From the NCBI GenBank assembly GCA_040954595.2, contig CM082594.2, positions 22,208 through 86,207 on the forward strand: a stretch of DNA of 64,000 bases, given 5' to 3'. Origin of the DNA: Balanoglossus misakiensis (Eukaryota; Animalia; Hemichordata). The position numbers were made by a program, and so were the translations under genes. Within the stretch, counting starts at the first letter, position 1, and each line of letters starts with the position of its first letter. Below the pieces are notes generated by a model that was not told the DNA's origin, did not search any database, and worked only from the letters and a program-made list of their open reading frames with translations. Positions 1-12,000 of this stretch are shown piece by piece.

Positions 1-27
1 GAGCGATCCCCCTCTCGAGCGAGACTC

Positions 28-3000
28 AACCCTAACCCTAACCCTAACCTTAACCCTAACCCTAACCCTAACCCTAACCCTAACCCTAACCCTAACCCTA
101 ACCCTAACCCTAACCCTAACCCTAACCCTACCCTAACCCTAACCTAACCCTAACCTAACCCTAACCCTAACCCTAACCCTAACCCTAACCCTAACCCTAA
201 CCCTAACCCTAACCCTAACCCTAACCCTAACCCTAACCCTAACCCTAACCCTAACCCTAACCCTAACCCTAACCCTAACCCTAACCCTAACCCTAACCCT
301 AACCCTAACCCTAACCCTAACCCTAACCCTAACCCTAACCCTAACCTAACCCTAACCCCAACCCACCCTAACCCTAACCCTAACCCTAACCCTAACCCTA
401 ACCCTAACCCTAACCCTAACCCTAACCCTAACCCTAACCCTAACCCTAACCCTAACCCTAACCCTAACCCTAACCCTAACCCTAACCCTAACCCTAACCC
501 TAACCCTAACCCTAACCCTACCCCTAACCCTAACCCTAACCCTAACCCTAACCCTAACCCTAACCCTAACCCTAACCCTAACCCTAACCCTAACCCTAAC
601 CCTAACCCTAACCCTAACCCTAACCCTAACCCTACCCCTAACCCTAACCCTAACCCTAACCCTAACCCTAACCCTAACCCTAACCCTAACCCTAACCCTA
701 ACCCTAACCCTAACCCTAACCCTAACCCTAACCCTAACCCTAACCCTAACCCTAACCCTAACCCTAACCCTAACCCTAACCCTAACCCTAACCCTAACCC
801 TAACCCTAACCCTAACCCTAACCCTAACCCTAACCCTAACCCTAACCCTAACCCTAACCCTAACCCTAACCCTAACCCTAACCCTAACCCTAACCCTAAC
901 CCTAACCCTAACCCTAACCCTAACCCTAACCCTAACCCTAACCCTAACCCTAACCCTAACCCTAACCCTAACCCTAACCCTAACCCTAACCCTAACCCTA
1001 ACCCTAACCCTAACCCTAACCCTAACCCTAACCCTAACCCTAACCCTAACCCTAACCCTAACCCTAACCCTAACCCTAACCCTAACCCTAACCCTAACCC
1101 TAACCCTAACCCTAACCCTAACCCTAACCCTAACCCTAACCCTAACCCTAACCCTAACCCTAACCCTAACCCTAACCCTAACCCTAACCCTAACCCTAAC
1201 CCTAACCCTAACCCTAACCCTAACCCTAACCCTAACCCTAACCCTAACCCTAACCCTAACCCTAACCCTAACCCTAACCCTAACCCTAACCCTAACCCTA
1301 ACCCTAACCCTAACCCTAACCCTAACCCTAACCCTAACCCTAACCCTAACCCTAACCCTAACCCTAACCCTAACCCTAACCCTAACCCTAACCCTAACCC
1401 TAACCCTAACCCTAACCCTAACCCTAACCCTAACCCTAACCCTAACCCTAACCCTAACCCTAACCCTAACCCTAACCCTAACCCTAACCCTAACCCTAAC
1501 CCTAACCCTAACCCTAACCCTAACCCTAACCCTAACCCTAACCCTAACCCTAACCCTAACCCTAACCCTAACCCTAACCCTAACCCTAACCCTAACCCTA
1601 ACCCTAACCCTAACCCTAACCCTAACCCTAACCCTAACCCTAACCCTAACCCTAACCCTAACCCTAACCCTAACCCTAACCCTAACCCTAACCCTAACCC
1701 TAACCCTAACCCTAACCCTAACCCTAACCCTAACCCTAACCCTAACCCTAACCCTAACCCTAACCCTAACCCTAACCCTAACCCTAACCCTAACCCTAAC
1801 CCTAACCCTAACCCTAACCCTAACCCTAACCCTAACCCTAACCCTAACCCTAACCCTAACCCTAACCCTAACCCTAACCCTAACCCTAACCCTAACCCTA
1901 ACCCTAACCCTAACCCTAACCCTAACCCTAACCCTAACCCTAACCCTAACCCTAACCCTAACCCTAACCCTAACCCTAACCCTAACCCTAACCCTAACCC
2001 TAACCCTAACCCTAACCCTAACCCTAACCCTAACCCTAACCCTAACCCTAACCCTAACCCTAACCCTAACCCTAACCCTAACCCTAACCCTAACCCTAAC
2101 CCTAACCCTAACCCTAACCCTAACCCTAACCCTAACCCTAACCCTAACCCTAACCCTAACCCTAACCCTAACCCTAACCCTAACCCTAACCCTAACCCTA
2201 ACCCTAACCCTAACCCTAACCCTAACCCTAACCCTAACCCTAACCCTAACCCTAACCCTAACCCTAACCCTAACCCTAACCCTAACCCTAACCCTAACCC
2301 TAACCCTAACCCTAACCCTAACCCTAACCCTAACCCTAACCCTAACCCTAACCCTAACCCTAACCCTAACCCTAACCCTAACCCTAACCCTAACCCTAAC
2401 CCTAACCCTAACCCTAACCCTAACCCTAACCCTAACCCTAACCCTAACCCTAACCCTAACCCTAACCCTAACCCTAACCCTAACCCTAACCCTAACCCTA
2501 ACCCTAACCCTAACCCTAACCCTAACCCTAACCCTAACCCTAACCCTAACCCTAACCCTAACCCTAACCCTAACCCTAACCCTAACCCTAACCCTAACCC
2601 TAACCCTAACCCTAACCCTAACCCTAACCCTAACCCTAACCCTAACCCTAACCCTAACCCTAACCCTAACCCTAACCCTAACCCTAACCCTAACCCTAAC
2701 CCTAACCCTAACCCTAACCCTAACCCTAACCCTAACCCTAACCCTAACCCTAACCCTAACCCTAACCCTAACCCTAACCCTAACCCTAACCCTAACCCTA
2801 ACCCTAACCCTAACCCTAACCCTAACCCTAACCCTAACCCTAACCCTAACCCTAACCCTAACCCTAACCCTAACCCTAACCCTAACCCTAACCCTAACCC
2901 TAACCCTAACCCTAACCCTAACCCTAACCCTAACCCTAACCCTAACCCTAACCCTAACCCTAACCCTAACCCTAACCCTAACCCTAACCCTAACCCTAAC

Positions 3001-3173
3001 CCTAACCCTAACCCTAACCCTAACCCTAACCCTAACCCTAACCCTAACCCTAACCCTAACCCTAACCCTAACCCTAACCCTAACCCTAACCCTAACCCTA
3101 ACCCTAACCCTAACATTAACCCTAACATTAACCCTTACCCTTACCCTAACCCTAACCCTAACCCTAACCCTAA
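28..3173 (-). repeat. Telomeric array (TTAGGG)n, read as (CCCTAA)n on +; left chromosome end
   Basis: About 3.15 kb of nearly pure CCCTAA at the window start, in the polarity expected for a left end. A few variants distally, and TAACAT/TTACCC variants at 3111-3146. Confidence 0.99.
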
Positions 3174-6100
3174 AGTATAATGGTCAAAGGGTCAAGGGTC
3201 AAAAGTCAGGGGTCAAAGGTCAACATTAAAAGTTAGATTTGAAGGGTCAAAGGTCATGGGTTAGAGTTCAAAGTTCAAAAAGTTTGAGTTTAGGGTCAAG
3301 GGGCAAGGGTTGAAGGGTCAAAGGTCAAGGGTTGGATTTCATAAGTATGAGATCAAGAATCAAGGAGTCAAGGGGCAATGGTCAAGGGTTAGAGTTGAAA
3401 GGTCAAAGGTTCAAGGTTCAAGTGTCAGAGGTCAAGGTTCAAGGGTCAAGGGACCAAGAGTCAGTCGCCATGTATTAGAGTTTAATGGTCAAGTGATAGA
3501 GTTCAAGGGTCAAAGGTTGTAGTTCAAGAGTCAAAGGTCAAGGGTTAGAGTTCAAAGGTTAAAAAGTTTGAGTTAAGGGGTTAAGGGTTGATGGGTCAAA
3601 GGTCAAGGGTTAAGGATTAGAGTTCAAGAGTTGGAGATCAAGGATCAAGGGGTCAAGGGTCAAGGATGAGAGTTGAAGGCTCAACAGTCTGACCAAGTAT
3701 TAGTGTTCAAGGGTCAAAGGTTATAGTTCAAGGGTCAAGGGTTGAAGGGTCAAAGGTCAAGGGTTAGAGTTCAAGAGTTGGAGATCAGGGATCTAAGGGT
3801 CAAGGGTCAAAGGTCAAGTGTCAAAGGTCACGGTTAAAAATTAGATTTGAAGGGTAAAGGTCAAGGGGTAGAGTTCAAGATTTGGAGATCAAGGATCAAG
3901 GGGTCAAGGGTCAAGGATTAAAGTTAAAGGGTCAAAGGGTCAAGGGTCAAAGGTCAAAGGTCAATGTTAAAAGTTAGATTTGAGTCAAAGGTCAAGGGTT
4001 AACGTTCAAAGTTCAAAAAGTATGAGTTAAGGGTCAAGGGGCGAGGGTTGAAGGGTTAAAGGTCAAGGGTTGGATTTCATGAGTTGGAGATCAAGGATCA
4101 AGGGGTCAAGGGTCAAGGGTCAAGTTTTAGAGTTGAAGGGTCAAAGGATTGACCAAGGATTAGAGTTCAAGGGTCAAGGGTTATAGGTCAGGGTTCGAGG
4201 GTTGAAGGTTCAAAGGTAAAGGGGTAGAGTTCAAGAGTTGGAGATCAAGGATCAAGGGATCAAGGGTCAAGGATTAAAGTTCAAGGGTCAAAGGTTCAAG
4301 GGTCAAAGGTCAAAGGTCAAGGTTAAAAGTTAGATTTGAAGGGTCAAAGGTCAAAGGTTAGTGTTCAAAGTTCAAAATGTTTGAGTTAAGGGTCAAGGGG
4401 CAGGGGTTGAAGAGTCAAAGGTCAAGGGTTTGATTTCATAAGTTGGATATTAAGGATCAAGGGGGTCAAGGGTCAAGGATAAGAGTTGAAGTTCAACGGT
4501 CTGACCACCAATGATTAGAGTTCAAGTGTCATTGGTTATAGGTCAGGGATCAAGGGTTGAAGGTCAAAGGTCAAGGGTTATAGTTCAAGATTTGGATATC
4601 AATGATCAAGGGGTCAAGTATTAAAGTATTAAGGGCCAAAGGGTAAAGGGTCAAGGGTCAAAAGTCAAGGGTCAAAGGTCAAGATTAAAAGTTAGATTTG
4701 AAGGGTCAAAGGTCATGGGTTAGAGTTCAAAGTTCAAAAAGTTTGAGTTTAGGGTCAAGGGGCAAGGGTTGAAGGGTCAAAGGTCAAGGGTTGGATTTCA
4801 TAAGTTGGAGATCAAGAATCAAGGAGTCAAGGGGCAAGGGTCAAGGGTTAGAGTTGAAAGGTCAAAAGTTCAAGGTTCAAGTGTCAGAGGTCAAGGTTCA
4901 AGGGTCAAGGGACCAAGAGTCAGTCGCCATGTATTAGAGTTTAATGGTCAAGTGATAGAGTTCAAGGGTCAAAGGTTGTAGTTCAAGAGTCAAAGGTCAA
5001 GGGTTAGAGTTCAAAGGTTAAAAAGTTTGAGTTAAGGGGTCAAGGGTTGATGGGTCAAAGGTCAATGGTTAAGGATTAGAGTTCAAGAGTTGGAGATCAA
5101 GGATCAAGGGGTCAAGGGTCAAGGATTCGAGTTCAAGAGTTGGAGATCAGGGATCTAAGGGTCAAGGGTCAAAGGTCAAGGGTCAAAGGTCACGGTTAAA
5201 AGTTAGATTTGAAGGGTCAAAGGTCAAGGGGTAGAGTTCAAGATTTGGAGATCAAGGATCAAGGGGTCAAGGGTCAAGGATTAAAGTTCAAGGGTCAAAG
5301 GGTCAAGGGGCAAGGGTCAAAGGTCAATGTTAAAAGTTAGATTTGAGTCAAAGGTCAAGGGTTGGATTTCATGAGTTGGAGATCAAGGATCAAGGGGTCA
5401 AGGGTCAAGGGTCAAGGGTCAAGTATTAGAGTTGAAGGGTCAAAGGATTGACCAAGGATTAGAGTTCAAGGGTCAAGGGTTATAGGTCAGGGTTCGAGGG
5501 TTGAAGGTTCAAAGGTAAAGGGGTAGAGTTCAAGAGTTGGAGATCAAGGATCAAAGGGTCAAGGGTCAAAGATTAAAGTTCAAGGGTCAAAGGTTCAAGG
5601 GTCAAAGGTCAAAGGTCAAGGTTAAAAGTTAGATTTGAAGGGTCAAAGGTCAAAGGTTAGGGTTCAAAGTTCAAAATGTTTGAGTTAAGGGTCAGGGGTC
5701 AAGGGTTGAAGGTCAAAGGTCAAGGGTTATAGTTCAAGAGTTGGATATCAATGATCATGGGGTCAAGGGTCAAGTATTAAAATATAAGGGTCAAAGGGTC
5801 AAGGGTCAAGGGTCAAAAGTCAAGGGACTAAGGTCAAGATTAAATGTTAGATTTAAAGGTTCAAAGGTAATGGGTGAGAGTTCAAGATTTGGAGATCAGG
5901 GATCAAGGGGTCAAGGGTCAAAGATTAAAGTTCAAGGGTCAATGGGTCAAGGGTCAAGGGTCAATGGTCAAGGATCAAAGGCCAATGTTATAAGTTAGAT
6001 TTGAAGGGTCAAAGGTCAAGGGTTAGAGTTCAAGAGTTGGAGATCAAGGATCAAGGGGTTAAGGGTCAAGGATTAAAGTTCGAGGGTCAAAGGTTCAAAG

Positions 6101-7444
6101 GTCAAAGGTCAATTTTAAACGTTAGATTTGAAGGGTCAAAGGTCAATAGTTAGGGTTCAAAGTTCAAAAAGAAGGAGTTAAGGGTCAAGGAGCGAGGGTT
6201 GATGGGTCAAATGTCAAGGGTTGGATTTCATGAGTTGGAGATCAAGGATCAAGGGGTCAAGGGTCAAGGGTCAAGTATTAGAGTTGGAGGGTCAAAGGAT
6301 TGACCAAGGATTAGAGTTCAAGGGTCAAGGGTTATAGGTCAGGGTTTGGAGGGTTGAAGGTTCAAAGGTAAAGGGGTAGAGTTCAAGAGTTGGAGATCAA
6401 GTATCAAGGGGTCAAGGGTCAAGGATTAAAGTTCAAGGGTCAAAGGTTCAAGGGTTAAAGGTCAAAGGTCAAGGTTAAAAGTTAGATTTGAAGGGTCAAA
6501 GGTCAAGGGTTAGGGTTCAAAGTTCAAAATGTTTGAGTTAAGGGTCAAGGGGCTGGGGTTGAAGGGTCAAAAGTCAAGGGTTTGATTTCATGAGTTGGAG
6601 ATTAAGGATCAAGGGGTCCAGGGTCAAGGATAAGACTTGAAGTTCAACGGTCTGACCAATGATTAGAGTTCAAGGGTCATTGGTTATAGGTCAGGGGTCA
6701 AGGGTTGAAGGTCAAAGGTCAAGGGTTATAGTTCAAGAGTTGGATATCAATGATCAAGGGGTCAAGTATTAAAGTATTTAGGGCCAAAGGGTCAAGGGTC
6801 AAGGGTCAAAAGTCAAGGGTCAAAGGTCAAGATTAAAAGTTAGATTTGAAGGGTCAAAGGTCATGGGTTAGAGTTCAAAGTTCAAAAAGTGTGAGTTTAG
6901 GGTCAAGGGGCAAGGGTTGAAGGGTCAAAGGTCAAGGGTTGGATTTCATAAGTTGGAGATCAAGAATCAAGGAGTCAAGGGGCAAGGGTCAAGGGTTAGA
7001 GTTCAAAGGTCAAAGGTTCAAGATTCAAGGGTCAGAGGTCAAGGTTCAAGGGTCAAGAGACCAAGAGTCAGTTGCCATGTATTAGAGTTTAATTGTCAAG
7101 TGATAGAGTTCAAGGGTCAAAGGTTGTAGTTCAAGAGTCAAAGGTCAAGGTTTAGAGTTCAAAGGTTAAAAAGTTTGAGTTAAGGGGTCCAAAGTTGATG
7201 TGTCAAAGGTCAAGGGTTAAGGATTAGAGTTCAAGAGTTTGAGATCAAGGATCAAGGGTTCAAGGGTCAAGGATTAGAGTTGAAGGCTCAACAGTCTGAC
7301 CAAGTATTAGAGTTCAAGGGTCAAAGGTTATAGTTCAAGGGTCAAGGGTTGAAGGGTCAAAGGTCAAGGGTTAGAGTTCAAGAGTTGGAGATCAGGGATC
7401 TAAGGGTCAAGGGTCAAGGATTAGAGTTGATGTGTCAAAGGGTC
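3174..7444 (+). repeat. Satellite A: degenerate 7-mer (GGGTCAA/AGGTCAA) array with higher-order blocks
   Basis: Continuous GGGTCAA, AGGTCAA, GGGTTAGAGTTCAA and GAGTTGGAGATCAA motifs. Marker CCAAGAGTCAGT(C/T)GCCATGTATTAGAG recurs near 3453, 4912 and 7061; matching spurious ORFs start at 3310, 4769 and 6917. Confidence 0.95.
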
Positions 7445-8270
7445 TTTACCCCAATGTATTCCCACTAGCCCCCCTCCCATCTCCACCCTGGCCTCCTTCA
7501 CCAAAACCGCACCAGACCCATAATGCCTCTATCTCTTACACCACACCTTACACCCACCCCAACTTGTAACACTTGACTTAAAGATTGGCATCCAAATCCA
7601 AACTCTACCACTGCTACTCCAACAATACAACATCAGGACTCTATTACAAACCAAAACCTACCATTTATAGCAAATACACGACCAAAGATTTGATCCCATA
7701 TATCATCCTTCCACACTCATCGCGAATCCTTACTGGAACCCCACCATAACCGACCCAATCCACTCCTTACCTCAAACCTCACCCCGAAGTCAATCCCAGA
7801 ATTGTACTCTTAAAAAATATTACTCAAACACCAATCACCGATCAAACTCCAAATATCAACTAAGGCTCACTACCTTGTCAGCTATCACCACAACCAGCCA
7901 ACTTTAACCCAACATATTCCCATGCCGCCCTATCACCACCCCGACCTCCATCCCCAAAACCGCACAAAACCCACCACACATTTAAATCCTGGAAGTCACC
8001 CAACCTATCATAACTCTAACGGGATGTTTGGGTTTGGGATAAACCAAATCAAAATTGACCCTAACCCTATCATAACCAAATACTCGAAGACCACCCAAAA
8101 AACTCTTAACGTAAAGATTGGCATAAATCCAAACGCATACCCAACTAAACAACACCAAAACGCTATTACGAACCAAACCCTACAATTTTTATACATGACC
8201 AAAGATCCTACCCATGGAAGAACTCACTTCTGTCAATAATACAAACTCCTACTAATTCTCTGCCAGCTAT
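7445..8270 (+). repeat. Repeat B, AC-rich strand, partial diverged copy
   Basis: Reverse complement of the GT-rich array at 17050-21700, e.g. GGCCTCCTTCACCAAAACCGCACCAGACCC and AACTCACTTCTGTCAATAATACAAACTCCTAC. Confidence 0.9.
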
Positions 8271-9004
8271 TTCATAAAATGTATTTATTTAGGCTTCAAA
8301 ACAATGGAAATTAATATGAATCATCTTTTTGAAAATTGCGGGTATTAATATATCATTTTGAATTCAAAAACAACCTACTTTTAGGCTTAAAACATTGAAA
8401 TCAATTTTTTTTCGAAAATACTATAAAACACCCTCATTTGGATAAAAAAAAAAACTATTTAATACGATATAAAATGATGTTATATGCACATTGTATATTT
8501 TGAAAAAAATATGATTAAATAAACAATCGATACATAAATACACGCATATTTAAAGCTCTAATACAGTAATATATAATTCTTAAACGTTTCTTTTTATATA
8601 TGATAAAAAACTAATTATTTGGGAATGAAAACTGTTTAAAACGATACTAAAACAATGCTTGTTCCATATTTCAGGTTTTAAATAAAAATGATCCGTAAAG
8701 CATTTTAAAGTTAAATACAAATTTATTTAGGCATAAAAAGCACCCTGAGATCATTATTTAACCCGTCTTTGAAATTAGATATGAAATGCATTATTTTTCA
8801 CTTAAAGGGGTTAATTTTGTACAAAATCGTTTTAATTCTTATTGTTAACTTCAAATTAAAATGTACAAGCGATTTCAACATGAATGCAACATGATAAAAG
8901 GCTTCAGAACACTTTAAAATCATTCTAAATCATTTCTTTGAATATGCTACAAAATAACCATTAATTTGTGCACAAAAACTTCAAATACAATACTAAAACG
9001 ATAT
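8271..9004 (-). repeat. Satellite C (AT-rich), inverted segment plus the B/C edge sequence
   Basis: 8500-8570 is the reverse complement of ATTACTGTATTAGAGCTTTAAATATGCGTG... at about 10074; orientation switches at about 9004. Confidence 0.88.
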
Positions 9005-12000
9005 TAAAAAGCTTTAAATCGAGAGAAAATTTTTAAAAGGAATCTTGAATGTTTAAAAGCCTAAATAAGGGTGTGTTTGAGTTAGAAATCACTATCTATT
9101 AATTTTTATTTAAAACGTGTGATATGTAAAAAATATCGTTTTGAACAGTTTTTGGGCCATAATAAAGGATGGTTTTGTATTGTGTTCAAAGAAAGGTTTT
9201 AGAATGATTAAACACTTTTTCAAAGCCTTAAATAGGGGTGTAATTATATAGAAATTGCTTTCTAAATCATTACCATTAAAAATACGCTTTGTGAATATGA
9301 CATTGATTTTATAAGGTATTAAACATTTTTTGTGAAAAATTAAAGCGTGTAATAGAAAAACATTTCAAAAAGGTTTTTAATAATGATACTACATTGTTTT
9401 TTAGCCCAAATAAGTGGTTTTTGATTTAAAATGCTTATTGAATCGTTTTTATTTAATACATGCGATATGAAACTAACAACGTTTTTAGTATCGTATTCAG
9501 CAGTTTTCTTGCCAAATAATGTCTTTTTGGAATACATTCAAAAGAGACTTAAGAATGATAAGGAAAACATTTATATTGGAAATTCTTATTAAATCATTTT
9601 CATATTAAAAACTTAATTTTGGTTTATTTGATTTTTATTCAGTACATATACGAATCAAAACATCTATTTTATATCAGTTTTTGGAGTTAATTATATTTTC
9701 AGATGAAAATAATTCGCAAGCCTAAAAATATTGGGTGTTTAATCATGTTGCATTCATGTTGAAATATCTTGTTAAAACATTTTCATTTGAAGTAAACAAT
9801 GTGAATAAAAACGATTTTATACCGAATTAAACCCTTTAAGTGAAAAATAATGCGTTTCATATCAAATTTCAAAGACGGGTTAAATAATGATCTCAGGGTG
9901 CTTTTTATGCCTAAATAAGTTTGTTATTAACTTTAAAATGCTTTACGGATCATTTTTTTTTAAAACCTGAAATATGGAACAAGCATTGCTTTAGTATCGT
10001 TTTTTAAACAGTTTTCATTGCCAAATAATTAGTTTTTTATCATTTATACAAAGAAAGGTTTAAGAATTATATATTACTGTATTAGAGCTTTAAATATGCG
10101 TGTATTTATCTATCGATTGTTTATTTAATCATATTTTTTTCAAAATATACAATGTGCATATAACATCATTTTATAGCGTATTAAATAGTTTTTTTTATCA
10201 AATGTTCTAACATTGTTTACATGCCTAAATTAGTGTTTTGAAATGTATCTTGTTTTTTTAGATATAAAAAAGCAATATGGAACAAACATCGTTTTTTATG
10301 TCCTATTGAAAAGTTATATAAAGTGTTTAAAAGCCTTAAATCTAGAGAAAAATTTTAAAATTTAGAATGTTTATAATACTAAATAAGGGTGTGTTTGAGT
10401 TAAATGTGCGATAAGAAGTTTTCTGGCCCGAATAAAGGATGGTTTTATTTTATGTTCAAAGAAAGGTTTTAGAATGATTTAACAGTTTTCCAAAGGCTTA
10501 AATAGGGGTGTAAATATAAAAAAATTGCTTGTTAAATCATTTCAGTCAAACATACGCTTTGTGAATATGACATTGATTCTATAAGGTATCAAACATTTTT
10601 TGTGAAAAATTAAAGCGTGTTATAGAAAAAAATTTCAAAAAGGTTTTTAAAAATGATCCCACATTGTTTTTTAGCCTGAATAAGTGGTTTTTGATTTAAA
10701 CTGCTTATTGAATCGTTTTTATTTAATACATGCGATATGAAACTAAACAACGTTTTTAGTATCGTATTGAGCAGTTTTCTTGCCAAATAATGTCTTTTTG
10801 GAATACATTCAAAAGAGACTTTAGAATGATAAGGAAAACATTTATATTGGAAATGCTTATTAAATCATTTTCATATTAAAAACTTAATTTTGGTTTATTT
10901 GATTTTTATTCAGTACATATACGAATCAAAACATCTATTTTATATCAGTTTTTGGAGTTAATTATATTTTCAGATGAAAATAATTCGCAAGCCTAAAAGT
11001 ATTGGTGTTTAATCATGTTGCATTCATGTTGAAATCGCTTGTTAAAACATTTTCATTTGAAGTAAACAATGTGAATAAAAACGATTTTATACCGAATTAA
11101 ACCCTTTAAGTGAAAAATAATGCGTTTCATATCAAATTTCAAAGACGGGTTAAATAATGATCTCAGGGTGCTTTTTATGCCTAAATAAGTTTGTTATTAA
11201 CTTTAAAATGCTTTAAGGATCATTTTTTTTTAAAACCTGAAATATGGAACAAGCATTGCTTTAGTATCGTTTTTTAAACAGTTTTCATTGCCAAATAATT
11301 AGTTTTTTATCATTTATACAAAGAAAGGTTTAAGAATTATATATTACTGTATTAGAGCTTTAAATATGCGTGTATTTATCTATCGATTGTTTATTTAATC
11401 ATATTTTTTTCAAAATATACAATGTGCATATAACATCATTTTATAGCGTATTAAATAGTTTTTTTTATAAAATATTCTAACATTGTTTACATGCCTAAAT
11501 TAGTGTTTTTAAATGTATCTTGTCTTTTTAGATATAAAAAAGCAATATGGAACAAACATCGTTTTTTATGTCCTATTGAAAAGTTATATAAAGTGTTTAA
11601 AAGCCTTAAATCTAGAGAAAAATTTTAAAAGGAATTTAGAATGTTTATAATACTAAATAAGGGTGTGTTTGAGTTAAATGTGCGATAAGAAGTTTTCTGG
11701 CCCGAATAAAGGATGGTTTTATGTTATGTTCAAAGAAAGGTTTTAGAATGATTTAACAGTTTTCCAAAGGCTTAAATAGGGGTGTAAATATAAAAAAATT
11801 GCTTGTTAAATCATTTCAGTTAAACATACGCTTTGTGAATATGATATTGATTCTATAAGGTATCAAACATTTTTTGTGAAAAATTAAAGCGTGTTATAGA
11901 AAAAAATTTCAAAAAGGTTTTTAAAAATGATCCCACATTGTTTTTTTAGCCTGAATAAGTGGTTTTGAATTTAAAATGCTTATTGAATCGTTTTTATTTA

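Noticed and set aside
1-27. Non-telomeric 27 nt distal to the telomere
   Set aside because: Most likely adapter/barcode remnant or consensus noise at the contig end; cannot be supported as biological.
150-3128. 992-aa ORF as a protein-coding gene
   Set aside because: It is the translation of (TTAGGG)n; kept only as a speculative finding.
3174-7444. Telomere-telomere fusion signature
   Set aside because: A fusion would read (TTAGGG)n then (CCCTAA)n; here the order is the opposite and the G-rich part is a 7-mer satellite.
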